Program-made: the position numbers and the translations under genes
The notes under the pieces: model-generated
Told to the model about the DNA's origin: nothing
Database searches by the model: none
What the model saw: the letters and a program-made list of their open reading frames with translations, nothing else
Assembly (NCBI GenBank): GCA_902614065.1
Contig: CACMJT010000005.1
Coordinates: 37,528-101,527 of the forward strand
Reading direction: 5' to 3'
From: an uncultured Bacteroidota bacterium
GTDB taxonomy: Bacteria; Bacteroidota; Bacteroidia; Flavobacteriales; Flavobacteriaceae
Length of the DNA stretch: 64,000 nt
Shown here: positions 1-10,019 of the stretch, piece after piece
Layout of the letters: each line of letters begins with the position of its first letter
Numbering within the stretch: position 1 is the stretch's first letter

Positions 1-543
1 ATGCTTGCAGGATATAATGAAAGTAAAACAAAAAACAAAAATCAAAAAGATGCAGTAATTTTTATTAAACAAAAATTAGATTCAGCAAAATGGTTTATTG
101 ATGCAATTAAGCAAAGAAATCAGACACTAATTTATACAATGACCGCAATACTTAATTTTCAAAAAAAGTATTTTTTAAGCGGTGATGAAAGTAAAATTAA
201 ACCAATGATCTTAAAAGACATTGCTGAAAAAATAAATATGGATATATCAACGATTTCAAGAGTAGCTAACTCCAAATATGTTGATACACCATATGGAATT
301 AAATTGATAAAATCTTTTTTTTCAGAAGGAATAAAAAATTCTAAGGGAGAAGAAATTTCAACAATTGAAGTAAAAAAATCACTTGAAGAAATTATTTTTA
401 ATGAAGATAAAAAATCACCCTATACTGATGACCAGTTGACTAAGCTTTTAAACGGAAAAGGGTACCCGATTGCAAGAAGAACAGTAGCAAAATATAGAGA
501 AATGATTGGTTCTCCAGTTGCCAGGTTAAGAAAAAAGCTTTAA
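1..543 (+). CDS. rpoN: RNA polymerase sigma-54 factor RpoN, C-terminal part (5' end outside window)
   Basis: Frame open from base 1; C-terminal HTH 'ISTISRVANSKYV' and RpoN box 'ARRTVAKYREMIG' are diagnostic of sigma-54. Confidence 0.9.
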   Translation: MLAGYNESKTKNKNQKDAVIFIKQKLDSAKWFIDAIKQRNQTLIYTMTAILNFQKKYFLSGDESKIKPMILKDIAEKINMDISTISRVANSKYVDTPYGIKLIKSFFSEGIKNSKGEEISTIEVKKSLEEIIFNEDKKSPYTDDQLTKLLNGKGYPIARRTVAKYREMIGSPVARLRKKL

Positions 544-1433
544 TGCCTGGGTTATCTATTATTATAATCAATTACAAATCTTGGTCAGTACTTGAAAAAT
601 GTATAAAAAGTATTTGGTCCCAAAAAACCAACTCTATAGAAATAATAATTATTGATAACAACTCAAATGACAATCAAATAATAAATTTTAAAAAAAAATA
701 TAATAAGTGTAAATGGATCATAAATAAGAAAAATATTGGGTTTGCTAAGGCCTGTAATCAAGGTGCTAAGGTTGGCAAATATGATCATTACATTTTTCTA
801 AATCCAGATACTGTCCTTGAAAAAAACTGCTTAATTAAACTCAAATCGAAAATTGATAATTATCCGGAATCCATTCTTTCAATCAGTCAAGAAGATTCCA
901 GGAGAAATAAAAAATTTCCATACGGACATTTTTTAAGTATAAAAACATTTAATGGAATTAGTAGATCCATATTTAGGTTTTTAAATTGTGAAAATAGGCT
1001 AAAAGACAATAAAAAACCTTGGATTGAAACTGATTGGGTTTCAGGTTCATTTCTGTGCATTAGTAGGAAAAACTTTAATAATCTTAATGGCTGGGATGAA
1101 GATTATTGGATGTACTATGAAGACATGGACTTGTGTAAAAGAGCAAAAAATATTGGTTTGAAAGTCATATTAATTAACTCTATCTCATGTACTCATCACC
1201 ACGGAAAATCATCAAGAATAAATCTAGAAACTACTGTTAAAACCAAAACTCATCTGATAAAGTCAGGAATTTTATTTATTGATAAACATTATAATGGTAT
1301 TTATCAAAAATTTTTAAAATTCATGTTTATTAGCTCCAAAATATTTTATCTTTTGTTATTGTACCCATTTTCGAAACAAAAAAGACTAATACTCAATAAT
1401 CTAATTTTTAATTTCAGAGTAGAAGAGTTCTAA
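543..1433 (+). CDS. family 2 glycosyltransferase
   Basis: GT-A type N-terminus 'SIIIINYKS..IIIIDNNSND' and acidic 'YYEDMDL' motif; ATG overlaps the rpoN stop (TAATG). Confidence 0.75.
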   Translation: MPGLSIIIINYKSWSVLEKCIKSIWSQKTNSIEIIIIDNNSNDNQIINFKKKYNKCKWIINKKNIGFAKACNQGAKVGKYDHYIFLNPDTVLEKNCLIKLKSKIDNYPESILSISQEDSRRNKKFPYGHFLSIKTFNGISRSIFRFLNCENRLKDNKKPWIETDWVSGSFLCISRKNFNNLNGWDEDYWMYYEDMDLCKRAKNIGLKVILINSISCTHHHGKSSRINLETTVKTKTHLIKSGILFIDKHYNGIYQKFLKFMFISSKIFYLLLLYPFSKQKRLILNNLIFNFRVEEF

Positions 1434-3203
1434 TTTTAATCTTTTATCATAGTTGGGTTGTCCTGGCTCTGGGCCATACAATACAGTACCCAGAGGGTTA
1501 ATAACAGTTGTCTGTGGAGCAGATTCAATTGGAGAGGTTTTAAGTTCAGTAGAAAAAATATTTGTAATGCTAGATGATAATACAAGGCCTAATTTTTTAT
1601 TTATAGAATCTTTCCTTACAATATTTTTAATATGTTCTGATATTCTGATTTTATATTTAATCCCACGACTGTCGGAATCTATTTCAAGCATTCCGCCATG
1701 ATTAATTTTGGTCTCGGATCTTCTCGGTCCCTGAGTGTCATCAATATAATAATCTACTAATGGCAAGCTTGTATCTAAGTCATATAAATAAAGTCTGAAA
1801 GGTTCTATCAAACCACCATTTAAATCTATAGCCTCGCGATCGACGTAAAATGTAAGATTAGCTTCATTTATTAGCCATGGTCTAGATTTAATATCGTCTA
1901 ACAAATCATTGCCCTGACTGTCTTTAAAAAGATCTATTTCAGCCATCAAACCTTCACCTCCTTTTAAGTAAATTTTGGATAGATTATTTGTTGAGTTTAT
2001 GTTGCTTATAATTTCAGAGGAAAATGGTTCTCTTTTAATTAGATTGATTTTATTACCCATAAATGTGATTTTAAAATCTTTTGATTCTCTATCTATGGTA
2101 TCATCAGTAATATCTTCCTCTGTATTATTCTTGTTGTACTTATCATATTCATAATTGATGACAATCTCAGCAGAATCAAAATCTAAAATCATCATTAATG
2201 GATCTGTGAAATCATAAGCATTAATATATATTCCTTTAAAATATAAATTGAAATTATCATAATTAGCCAAATCTATTGAACCTTCCTTGTCAATAAGTTT
2301 TGATTGAAAAAATTCAGAATTTAGCGGAATTCGAATTCTGGGGGACAACCTTTCTTTAACCTCCTCTGACTCATCAACATCATCGGTTTCTGGATCATCT
2401 TCTCTATATATTAATAATTCATTTTTATCTATTTGGACCTCTCCATCAAAAAGAGTTTGTCCAGTAAAATTTTCTAATATATTATTGTCACTATAATACC
2501 TTTGGCGAGACTCAAAATTGTCAGCCGGATCATATTCCCTTAAATAATAATCCATCTCTTGAATTTTTATTTTGAATGAATCGTTAAAATTTCCTAGAAG
2601 TGAATCTACATCATAGACTGTAGCACCAGGATTAGGATTAACTGTATCATCATCTTGCCCATCAGGTATTCCATCACCATCAGTGTCAGGATTTAATGGA
2701 TCTGTTCCATTCGCCCTTTCTTGTGCATCACTTACACCATCACCGTCACTATCACTATTAACATCATTATCATCTACATCATAAGAGTCAATTACACCAT
2801 CCCCGTCCTTATCATTTCTATTTGTAAAAAAAGGAATGTCTAAGTAAACTTCCGTTACCAGTTCATTTTCCTCAATTACCGTAATATTAAGTGGGTCTCC
2901 TGTATTTTCTTTCTCTTGGGATGCAATCCCAAATGAAGGATTGTATCGTGAAAGTTGAAGTTGAGTAATAAATGAAGATGTAACACTTCCAAAAATATTG
3001 TCTCTAATTTCACCAATTTGATATATAGGAAGATTTGTAGTATTGAAAGCACCAATAATTTTTTGTGATGCATATACCTCAACATCTTGAACCTTAGTTT
3101 CAAAAGAGTCATCTTTTAAAATTTCTGTTCCTATGGTGTTGAATTCCTTAGTGCATGAAAACAAAAAAAGAAAAAAACAAAATAATATGATTTTTTTATT
3201 CAT
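1401..3203 (-). CDS. DUF4270-like lipoprotein with internal thrombospondin type-3 calcium-binding repeats
   Basis: Lipoprotein signal 'LFLFSC'; residues ~128-190 carry DxDxDGxxDxxD-type repeats ('DKDGDGVID','DSDGDGVSD','DTDGDGIPD'); sits next to the glgA-like/panC pair as is usual in Flavobacteriia. Confidence 0.6.
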   Translation of the reverse strand: MNKKIILFCFFLFLFSCTKEFNTIGTEILKDDSFETKVQDVEVYASQKIIGAFNTTNLPIYQIGEIRDNIFGSVTSSFITQLQLSRYNPSFGIASQEKENTGDPLNITVIEENELVTEVYLDIPFFTNRNDKDGDGVIDSYDVDDNDVNSDSDGDGVSDAQERANGTDPLNPDTDGDGIPDGQDDDTVNPNPGATVYDVDSLLGNFNDSFKIKIQEMDYYLREYDPADNFESRQRYYSDNNILENFTGQTLFDGEVQIDKNELLIYREDDPETDDVDESEEVKERLSPRIRIPLNSEFFQSKLIDKEGSIDLANYDNFNLYFKGIYINAYDFTDPLMMILDFDSAEIVINYEYDKYNKNNTEEDITDDTIDRESKDFKITFMGNKINLIKREPFSSEIISNINSTNNLSKIYLKGGEGLMAEIDLFKDSQGNDLLDDIKSRPWLINEANLTFYVDREAIDLNGGLIEPFRLYLYDLDTSLPLVDYYIDDTQGPRRSETKINHGGMLEIDSDSRGIKYKIRISEHIKNIVRKDSINKKLGLVLSSSITNIFSTELKTSPIESAPQTTVINPLGTVLYGPEPGQPNYDKRLKLELFYSEIKN

Positions 3204-4002
3204 CTAAAAAGGAGTTGTAAAATTCTAAATATTTATCTTTAAAATCTTCATTGCTGGTGCACTCTAAAGTTGGTATATCATTATTAACAAACTCTTTAAA
3301 TTTTTCTTTAGCAGAGCTGGATGTGAATATCACACCGTCAGCTTGCGTTAAGGACAATTTGTATAATTCATCGTAAGTTGGATTTTTTAACAAACTTAAA
3401 TTTTCATCAACAATCTCATCAAATTGAATTTTTTTTAAGAAGTTTTTATCAAACTTTCCTGAAAGCCTATCATCATAAACAGAAACTATAGTCTTGGTAT
3501 CATTAAAAATAGGATCATCCTTATAATAATGTTTAATATAGAGTGGAATTAATGAAGAAATCCATCCATGAATATGGACAATGTTTGGTGCCCAATTTAA
3601 TTTCTTAATAGTTTCAATAACACCCTTAGCGTAGAATATGGCTCTTTCATCGTTATCTTTATAAAGACTTCCACTATCATCGAAAAAAATATTACGTCCC
3701 TTAAAATAATCTTCGCTATCGATAAAATATACCTGCATTCTTTCTTTAGGAATGGAGGCTACTTTAATTATCAAAGGCATATCCATATCATTAATTATTA
3801 AGTTAATGCCTGAAAGCCTAATCACTTCGTGTAATTGATGTCTTCTTTCATTAATTATTCCATATTTTGGAATAAATATTCTTGTTTGACCTTGATTATC
3901 ATTTACTAACTTAGGAAGTTTAAAACTCATTGAAGAAAGCTCTGTTTGAGGCATGTACGGTATAACCTCTGAAGAAATAAATAAGATTTTTTTTCCTTTC
4001 AT
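3196..4002 (-). CDS. glycogen/starch synthase-like protein (N-terminal catalytic domain only, ~268 aa)
   Basis: 'KILFISSEVIPY' start and 'IVHIHGW' motif typical of the GlgA N-domain; start trimmed to ATG 4002 (MKGKKILF); the track ORF extends to TTG 4059 and an ATG also exists at 4056. Confidence 0.65.
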   Translation of the reverse strand: MKGKKILFISSEVIPYMPQTELSSMSFKLPKLVNDNQGQTRIFIPKYGIINERRHQLHEVIRLSGINLIINDMDMPLIIKVASIPKERMQVYFIDSEDYFKGRNIFFDDSGSLYKDNDERAIFYAKGVIETIKKLNWAPNIVHIHGWISSLIPLYIKHYYKDDPIFNDTKTIVSVYDDRLSGKFDKNFLKKIQFDEIVDENLSLLKNPTYDELYKLSLTQADGVIFTSSSAKEKFKEFVNNDIPTLECTSNEDFKDKYLEFYNSFLDE

Positions 4003-4064
4003 AAATCCTAACAATATTAGGTTGTCAAAATTACAAAATTTATATAAGATTGACATCAAAGTGT

Positions 4065-4072
4065 TAAGTTTG
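4065..4072 (+). promoter_or_regulatory. candidate Bacteroidota sigma-A -7 box (TAnnTTTG) upstream of panC
   Basis: Exact TAAGTTTG 19 nt upstream of the panC ATG in a divergent intergenic region. Confidence 0.4.
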
Positions 4073-4090
4073 CAGTCGCATTAGTTTGGA

Positions 4091-4948
4091 ATGACAGTAA
4101 TAAAAAAATTAAATGATTTAGACATAACTTTAAGTAAACTCTCAAGAAAAAAGATATTAAGTCTGGTCCCAACAATGGGTTCTTTACATAAAGGTCATAT
4201 TTCTTTAATTAAAAGTGCATTGAAGTATTCTGATGAAGTTTGGGTATCGATTTTTGTGAATCCGACTCAATTTAATGACATAAATGACTATAAAAAATAC
4301 CCCGTCAACTCTAAAGAAGATATTAATATAATTAAGTCCATCGACCAAAATTTAAACATCTTTATCCCAAGCATTGATGATATTTATGGAAAAAAAATTA
4401 TTAGGGATAAGTACAACTTTGATGGCATTGATAAAGTACTCGAGGGTATTAAAAGGCCTGGCCACTTTGACGGAGTAGCAACAATTGTAAAAAAACTTTT
4501 TGAAATTTTCAATCCAAACTTTGTGTTTTTTGGTGAAAAAGATTTTCAACAAACAATGGTTGTACAAAAATTAATTGATGATTATTTTAAAGATATTAAA
4601 ATGATTGTTTGTCCAACAATTAGAGCTAAAAATGGTTTAGCTCTTAGTTCAAGAAATTCTTTATTGTCAAAAAAAGCAAAAAAAAATATTTCGATTATAT
4701 ATGATTCACTATTGTTTGCAAAGCAAAATTTTTATAAATTTTCAAACAAAGAATTAAAAAAAATTATAAAATCTAATATTGAAAAAAATCAAGGATTTTT
4801 ACTAGAGTATTTTGAATTGAGATGTTCTAAAACATTGAAAATATGTAATCATGAAAATAACCATAATTCTTCTTGTAGGGCATTTATCTGTGTTGTAGCT
4901 GATGGTGTTAGATTAATAGATAATTTATTGATGCATAATGAAAATTGA
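4091..4948 (+). CDS. panC: pantoate--beta-alanine ligase
   Basis: 'PTMGSLHKGH' HIGH-type motif, 'FGEKDFQQ', 'LALSSRN' motifs of PanC. Confidence 0.92.
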   Translation: MTVIKKLNDLDITLSKLSRKKILSLVPTMGSLHKGHISLIKSALKYSDEVWVSIFVNPTQFNDINDYKKYPVNSKEDINIIKSIDQNLNIFIPSIDDIYGKKIIRDKYNFDGIDKVLEGIKRPGHFDGVATIVKKLFEIFNPNFVFFGEKDFQQTMVVQKLIDDYFKDIKMIVCPTIRAKNGLALSSRNSLLSKKAKKNISIIYDSLLFAKQNFYKFSNKELKKIIKSNIEKNQGFLLEYFELRCSKTLKICNHENNHNSSCRAFICVVADGVRLIDNLLMHNEN

Positions 4949-5282
4949 AGTATTAAAATCAAAAATTCACAGGGTTAAAGTTACTGGAGCTGACATTAAT
5001 TATATTGGAAGCATTTCAATTGATGAATTTCTAATGGAAGCCTCCAACATAGTTGTTGGTGAAAAAGTACAAGTGTTAAATTTAACAAATGGTGAGAGGC
5101 TGGAAACTTATGTAATAAAAGGTGCCAAAGGTTCTGGTGATATTTTCATAAATGGTCCTGCAGCAAAGAAAATCAGCAAGGGTGATGAAGTAATTATAGT
5201 TAGTTATGCACTGGTTGACTTTGAAGATGCAAAAAGCTTCAATCCAACTATTATTTTTCCTAAAAAAGGAAACTCAATTTAA
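4938..5282 (+). CDS. panD: aspartate 1-decarboxylase
   Basis: 'KSKIHRVKVTGADINYIGSISID' with the self-processing Gly-Ser site; size 114 aa; overlaps the panC end. Confidence 0.93.
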   Translation: MKIEVLKSKIHRVKVTGADINYIGSISIDEFLMEASNIVVGEKVQVLNLTNGERLETYVIKGAKGSGDIFINGPAAKKISKGDEVIIVSYALVDFEDAKSFNPTIIFPKKGNSI

Positions 5283-6635
5283 ATGATATCAAAACAAAAA
5301 ATTTATACTTGTAAAATTTGCGGAGCACAATATCCAAAATGGTTGGGTCAATGCGCAAAATGTGGATCATGGAACTCAATTGAAGAAGATATTATTAAAA
5401 AAGGTCCCAAAAATGATTTAGTACAATCCAAATCAGTAGTTAAAAATATTAGTGAAATAACAAGTCTAAAAAATGAAAGAATTAAATTTACTGATGATGA
5501 ATTTAATAGAGTCTTAGGTGGTGGACTAGTTCGTGGCTCAGTTGTACTAATTTCTGGAGAGCCTGGAATAGGTAAATCAACAATTTTACTTCAAAACTCT
5601 ATCAATTCACATGAAAGTGTTCTATATGTTTCTGGTGAGGAAAGTGCTGAGCAGTTAAAACTTAGAGCCGAAAGAATATCAAAAAATCCAAAGAATTGCT
5701 ATGTACTGACTGAAACTAATCTTGAAATAATTTTAAAAAATATTAATAAAATTAAACCTGGTATAGTTGTTTTAGACTCCGTACAAACAGTTCAAACTGA
5801 TTTGTTTGACAACAGTCCAGGCAGTACTACTCAAATAAAAGAATGCACTAGCATTCTTATCAAACTAGCAAAAAGCAACGGACTACCTATTTTAATTGTT
5901 GGACACATAACCAAAGACGGAAATATTGCTGGACCAAAAATTTTAGAACACATGGTGGACACTGTATTACACTTTGAGGGAGATAAACAACATCAATTCA
6001 GAATTTTGCGATCTAAAAAAAATAGATTTGGATCAACCAATGATATAGGAATTTATGAAATGGATCAAAGTGGCCTAAAGACTGTAGCAAATCCTAGTGA
6101 ATTATTTGTTTCAAAAAAACAAAACACAGAACCTGGTTCAGCGATAGCTGTAACTTTAGACGGTGATAGATCGATCATGATAGAAATACAGGCACTTGTT
6201 AGTAGTGCTGTTTATGGAACTCCACAAAGAATCTCAAATGGATTTAATTCTAAAAGACTTAATATGCTTTTAGCGATCCTTGAAAAAAAGGCAGGGTTTA
6301 AAATTGGAGTAAAAGATGTTTTTATTAACATAACGGGTGGAATAAAAATCGAAGATACTGCAATTGATCTAGCTGTTGTATCAGCAATACTATCATCAAA
6401 CATTAATGTATCTGTTACAAGTGGCACTTGTTTTTGTGCTGAAATAGATCTTTCTGGGGAATTAAGAAGTGTGAGTAATATTGATAAACGAATTTCGGAG
6501 GCGGAAAGATTGGGTTATAAAAAAATTATTGTTTCAAATAACTCAAAAATTGGATATACTCCAAAGTTAATTCAGACTGTTAAATTGAAAAATCTCTCAC
6601 AAGTCGTTAAAGAAATTTTTACGGAGAAGGATTAG
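5283..6635 (+). CDS. radA: DNA repair protein RadA
   Basis: N-terminal zinc ribbon 'CKICGAQY..CAKCGSWNS', Walker A 'GEPGIGKST', 'KNRFG' motif, Lon-like C-terminal domain. Confidence 0.93.
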   Translation: MISKQKIYTCKICGAQYPKWLGQCAKCGSWNSIEEDIIKKGPKNDLVQSKSVVKNISEITSLKNERIKFTDDEFNRVLGGGLVRGSVVLISGEPGIGKSTILLQNSINSHESVLYVSGEESAEQLKLRAERISKNPKNCYVLTETNLEIILKNINKIKPGIVVLDSVQTVQTDLFDNSPGSTTQIKECTSILIKLAKSNGLPILIVGHITKDGNIAGPKILEHMVDTVLHFEGDKQHQFRILRSKKNRFGSTNDIGIYEMDQSGLKTVANPSELFVSKKQNTEPGSAIAVTLDGDRSIMIEIQALVSSAVYGTPQRISNGFNSKRLNMLLAILEKKAGFKIGVKDVFINITGGIKIEDTAIDLAVVSAILSSNINVSVTSGTCFCAEIDLSGELRSVSNIDKRISEAERLGYKKIIVSNNSKIGYTPKLIQTVKLKNLSQVVKEIFTEKD

Positions 6636-7650
6636 GTATTTTATTATTTACTTGGTTTATTTCTGAAATAATCTCATCGGAAAGTTTAACAGATGCACTG
6701 TCAATATTTTCTTTTAATTGCTCTACTGTTGTTGCTCCAATAATATTGCTTGTTACAAATGGGCGATCATTAACAAATGCAAGCGATAATTGAGTTAATG
6801 AAAGATCATTTTTTTTAGCAATTTCATTATATAATTTTGCAGCTTTAAAAGAGTTTTCATTATTGTATCTTTTAAGTCTTGGGAAAAGGTCCATTCTACT
6901 ATTTTTTGGGACATTCCCATCAAAATACTTCCCAGTTAAAACCCCAAAGGCAAGAGGTGAGTATGCCAAAAGACCCATTGATTCTCTTTTACATATCTCT
7001 GAGCTACCAATCTCAAATAATCTGTTAAGCAAAGAATAAGGGTTTTGAATGGTAATCATTTTTGGAAGTTCCCTTTTGGAGTATTCAAGGAATTTCATAA
7101 TTCCCCAAGGATTTTCATTTGATAACCCAATATGTCTAATTTTACCCTTTTTTATCAAATTCTTAAGTTTTTCCAATATAGATTCAAAATTATCTTCCCA
7201 AGAATCATTAAAATACTGGAAGTTTCTATTTCCAAATGTATTTGTAATTCTCTCTGGCCAATGAAGTTGATACAAGTCAATGTAGTCTGTTCTTAAACGA
7301 TTTAGACTACCATCCAAAGCATCATCAATTGAAGAACCTTTAAAGCCCGATTTCCTAATATGTGCAGTATAATCTCCTGGGCCAGCAATTTTCGTGGCTA
7401 AAATTACTTCATCTCTTTTTTTAAATTTCTGAAACCAATTTCCAATTATTTTTTCCGTGAGTGCGTACTTGTCAGGGCTTGCTGGTACAGGATATAATTC
7501 TGCAGTATCAAAAAAATTAACGCCCCTTTCAACAGAATAATTCATTTGTTCAAAAGCTTCATCTTGACTATTTTGTCTTCCCCATGTCATTGTTCCTAAA
7601 CAAATCTTACTGACCTGTATGTCCGTATTAGGCAAATTTTTATATTCCAT
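6619..7650 (-). CDS. NADP-dependent aldo/keto reductase (Tas-like)
   Basis: 'VSKICLGTMTWG','FFDTAELYPVP','IDLYQLHWP' AKR motifs; start trimmed to ATG 7650 (MEYKNLP), abutting the xth stop. Confidence 0.85.
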   Translation of the reverse strand: MEYKNLPNTDIQVSKICLGTMTWGRQNSQDEAFEQMNYSVERGVNFFDTAELYPVPASPDKYALTEKIIGNWFQKFKKRDEVILATKIAGPGDYTAHIRKSGFKGSSIDDALDGSLNRLRTDYIDLYQLHWPERITNTFGNRNFQYFNDSWEDNFESILEKLKNLIKKGKIRHIGLSNENPWGIMKFLEYSKRELPKMITIQNPYSLLNRLFEIGSSEICKRESMGLLAYSPLAFGVLTGKYFDGNVPKNSRMDLFPRLKRYNNENSFKAAKLYNEIAKKNDLSLTQLSLAFVNDRPFVTSNIIGATTVEQLKENIDSASVKLSDEIISEINQVNNKIPNPSP

Positions 7651-8414
7651 TATATTTTTATTTTTAATCCAATAGGACAATGATCAGAATGATAGACATC
7701 TGGTAAAATAAAAGATTCCTTTAAGTTACTTTGTAAATCAACAGAGGCTAATAAATAATCAATTCTCCATCCTTTATTATTTGCTCTTGAGTTGGCTCTA
7801 TAACTCCACCATGAATATTTATGGGGTGATGAATTAAAATATCTAAACGTATCTACAAAACCATTATTAATAAATTTGTCTAACCACTCTCTTTCTTCCG
7901 GTAAAAATCCTGATACTTTGGCATTTCTAATAGGATCATGAATATCAATAGCATTATGACAAATATTATAATCTCCACCTATTATTAATTTTGGGACAGA
8001 TTGTTTTAATTCATTAATATATGAGGCAAAATCATCCATGTATTTAAATTTAAATCCCAGTCTTTCAATATTAGTTCCTGATGGAAGATATAAACTCATG
8101 ACAGAAAAATTGTCAAAGTCAATTCTCAGATTTCTTCCTTCATTATCCATATACTCAATTCCAGTCCCATACACAATATTTTTGGGCTCTTTCTTAGAAA
8201 TAATCCCAACTCCACTGTAACCTTTCTTCTTTGCAGGATACCAGTAATGATAATATCCGAGTTCTTTAAAAATGGATGAATCAAATTGTTCTTCGTTTGC
8301 CTTTATTTCTTGAAAACAAACTATGTCTGGATTATAGTTTTTTAGCCATGAGAATAAATCTTTTCTAATAGCAGCACGAATTCCGTTAATGTTGTATGAA
8401 ATAATGTTAACCAC
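7650..8414 (-). CDS. xth: exodeoxyribonuclease III
   Basis: 'ISYNINGIRA','VCFQEIK','GDYNICH','SDHCPI' ExoIII/AP endonuclease motifs. Confidence 0.9.
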   Translation of the reverse strand: MVNIISYNINGIRAAIRKDLFSWLKNYNPDIVCFQEIKANEEQFDSSIFKELGYYHYWYPAKKKGYSGVGIISKKEPKNIVYGTGIEYMDNEGRNLRIDFDNFSVMSLYLPSGTNIERLGFKFKYMDDFASYINELKQSVPKLIIGGDYNICHNAIDIHDPIRNAKVSGFLPEEREWLDKFINNGFVDTFRYFNSSPHKYSWWSYRANSRANNKGWRIDYLLASVDLQSNLKESFILPDVYHSDHCPIGLKIKI

Positions 8415-9945
8415 CTTTGAGTAACCAATTATTTATATCAAGTGAGTTATTTAAAAAATGTTCTAATGTTTCGATTTTGATTCTTTCCTGCCTCATGCTA
8501 TCACGATCCCGTACTGTTATGGTATTATCATCTAGAGTTTGATGATCAACAGTAATACAATAAGGGGTTCCTATTGCATCTTGTCTTCTGTATCTTCTTC
8601 CTATGGCATCTTTATCATCATAAGTTGTACTGAACTTAAGCTTTAATTTCTCTTTGATTTCTTTTGCCATTTCAGGCAATCCATCTTTTTTTAATAAAGG
8701 AAGAAAAGCACACTTATAAGGTGCTATGATTTTGGGTAATTTTAAAACTACTCTTTCTGAATTGTCATCAATTTTTTCAGAAACTAGTGACGAAGAAAAT
8801 ACAGCTAAAAACATTCTATCAACGCCTATTGAAGTTTCTAAAACGTATGGTATATATTTTTTATTTTCTATAGGGTCAAAATATTTTATTTGCTTATTTG
8901 AATATTTTTCATGATTTGACAAATCAAAGTCAGTTCTGGAATGAATACCTTCAAGCTCTTTAAAGCCAAATGGAAAATTAAATTCAATATCACAAGCAGC
9001 ATCAGCATAATGTGCAAGCTTTTCATGATCATGAAACCTAAAAAAACTCTTATCAATTCCTAATGAAAGGTGCCAATCTAATCTTGTTTTTTTCCAATAC
9101 TTGTACCAGTCCTTTTGGGTCCCTGGTTTAATAAAAAATTGCATTTCCATTTGTTCAAATTCTCTCATCCTAAAAATAAATTGTCTAGCTACAATTTCAT
9201 TTCTAAATGCTTTACCAATTTGAGCAATACCAAAAGGTATTTTCATCCTAGCAGTTTTTTGTACGTTCAAATAATTTAAAAATATTCCCTGTGCTGTTTC
9301 GGGTCTTAAGAAAAGAACCTTTGAACTGGACTCTGTCGCTCCAAGTTGAGTTTTAAACATAAGATTAAATTGTTTTACATCCGTCCAGTTTTTAGTGCCT
9401 GAAATTGGGCAAACTATCTCGCAATCAACAATTATTTTCTCAAGTTCTATTAAATCATCATTTTTTAGTGCATTGGAAAACCTTAGAGATATTTGATTTA
9501 TATGCTCTCTTATTTTTAAAACCTTAGGATTGGTTTTTAAGAAGGTTTCTTTATTAAACTTTTCTCCAAATCTTTTTTCTTGTTTTTTTTGTTCTTTTAA
9601 AATATTAGATTCACATTTGGTGATGTAATCTTCAATCAAATTATCAGCTCTATATCTTTTTTTTGAATCTTTATTGTCAATTAGGGGATCGTTAAACGCA
9701 TCTATGTGCCCACTAGCTTTCCAAGTCGTTGGGTGTGAAAAAATTGAGGAATCAATACCCACAATGTTTTCATGTAAATGAACCATTGATTTCCACCAAT
9801 ATTCTTTTAAATTATTTTTTAATAGAACACCGTTCTGAGCATAATCGTATACAGCACTCAAGCCATCATAAATTTCGCTTGATTGAAAAATAAATCCGTA
9901 CTCTTTTGAATGAGAAATGATTTTTTTAAAATGTTCTGAGGACAT
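8407..9945 (-). CDS. glyQS: glycine--tRNA ligase (homodimeric class II type)
   Basis: Full-length 512-aa match to the alpha2-type GlyRS pattern ('YGFIFQSSEIYDG','FLRPETAQGIF','FRNEI','GIDR'), C-terminal anticodon-binding domain. Confidence 0.9.
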   Translation of the reverse strand: MSSEHFKKIISHSKEYGFIFQSSEIYDGLSAVYDYAQNGVLLKNNLKEYWWKSMVHLHENIVGIDSSIFSHPTTWKASGHIDAFNDPLIDNKDSKKRYRADNLIEDYITKCESNILKEQKKQEKRFGEKFNKETFLKTNPKVLKIREHINQISLRFSNALKNDDLIELEKIIVDCEIVCPISGTKNWTDVKQFNLMFKTQLGATESSSKVLFLRPETAQGIFLNYLNVQKTARMKIPFGIAQIGKAFRNEIVARQFIFRMREFEQMEMQFFIKPGTQKDWYKYWKKTRLDWHLSLGIDKSFFRFHDHEKLAHYADAACDIEFNFPFGFKELEGIHSRTDFDLSNHEKYSNKQIKYFDPIENKKYIPYVLETSIGVDRMFLAVFSSSLVSEKIDDNSERVVLKLPKIIAPYKCAFLPLLKKDGLPEMAKEIKEKLKLKFSTTYDDKDAIGRRYRRQDAIGTPYCITVDHQTLDDNTITVRDRDSMRQERIKIETLEHFLNNSLDINNWLLKGG

Positions 9946-10019
9946 AAAACAAAAATAGTATATCTAAATAAAAGATAAGGTAGTATTTTTTAAAATAAAC
10001 TTTTTATTTTGTAGAATAT

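Noticed and set aside
2634-2822. Nucleotide-level tandem repeat / contingency locus in the TSP3 region
   Set aside because: The repeats are conserved at the amino-acid level (DxDxDG) but degenerate at the DNA level. No perfect tandem units could slip.
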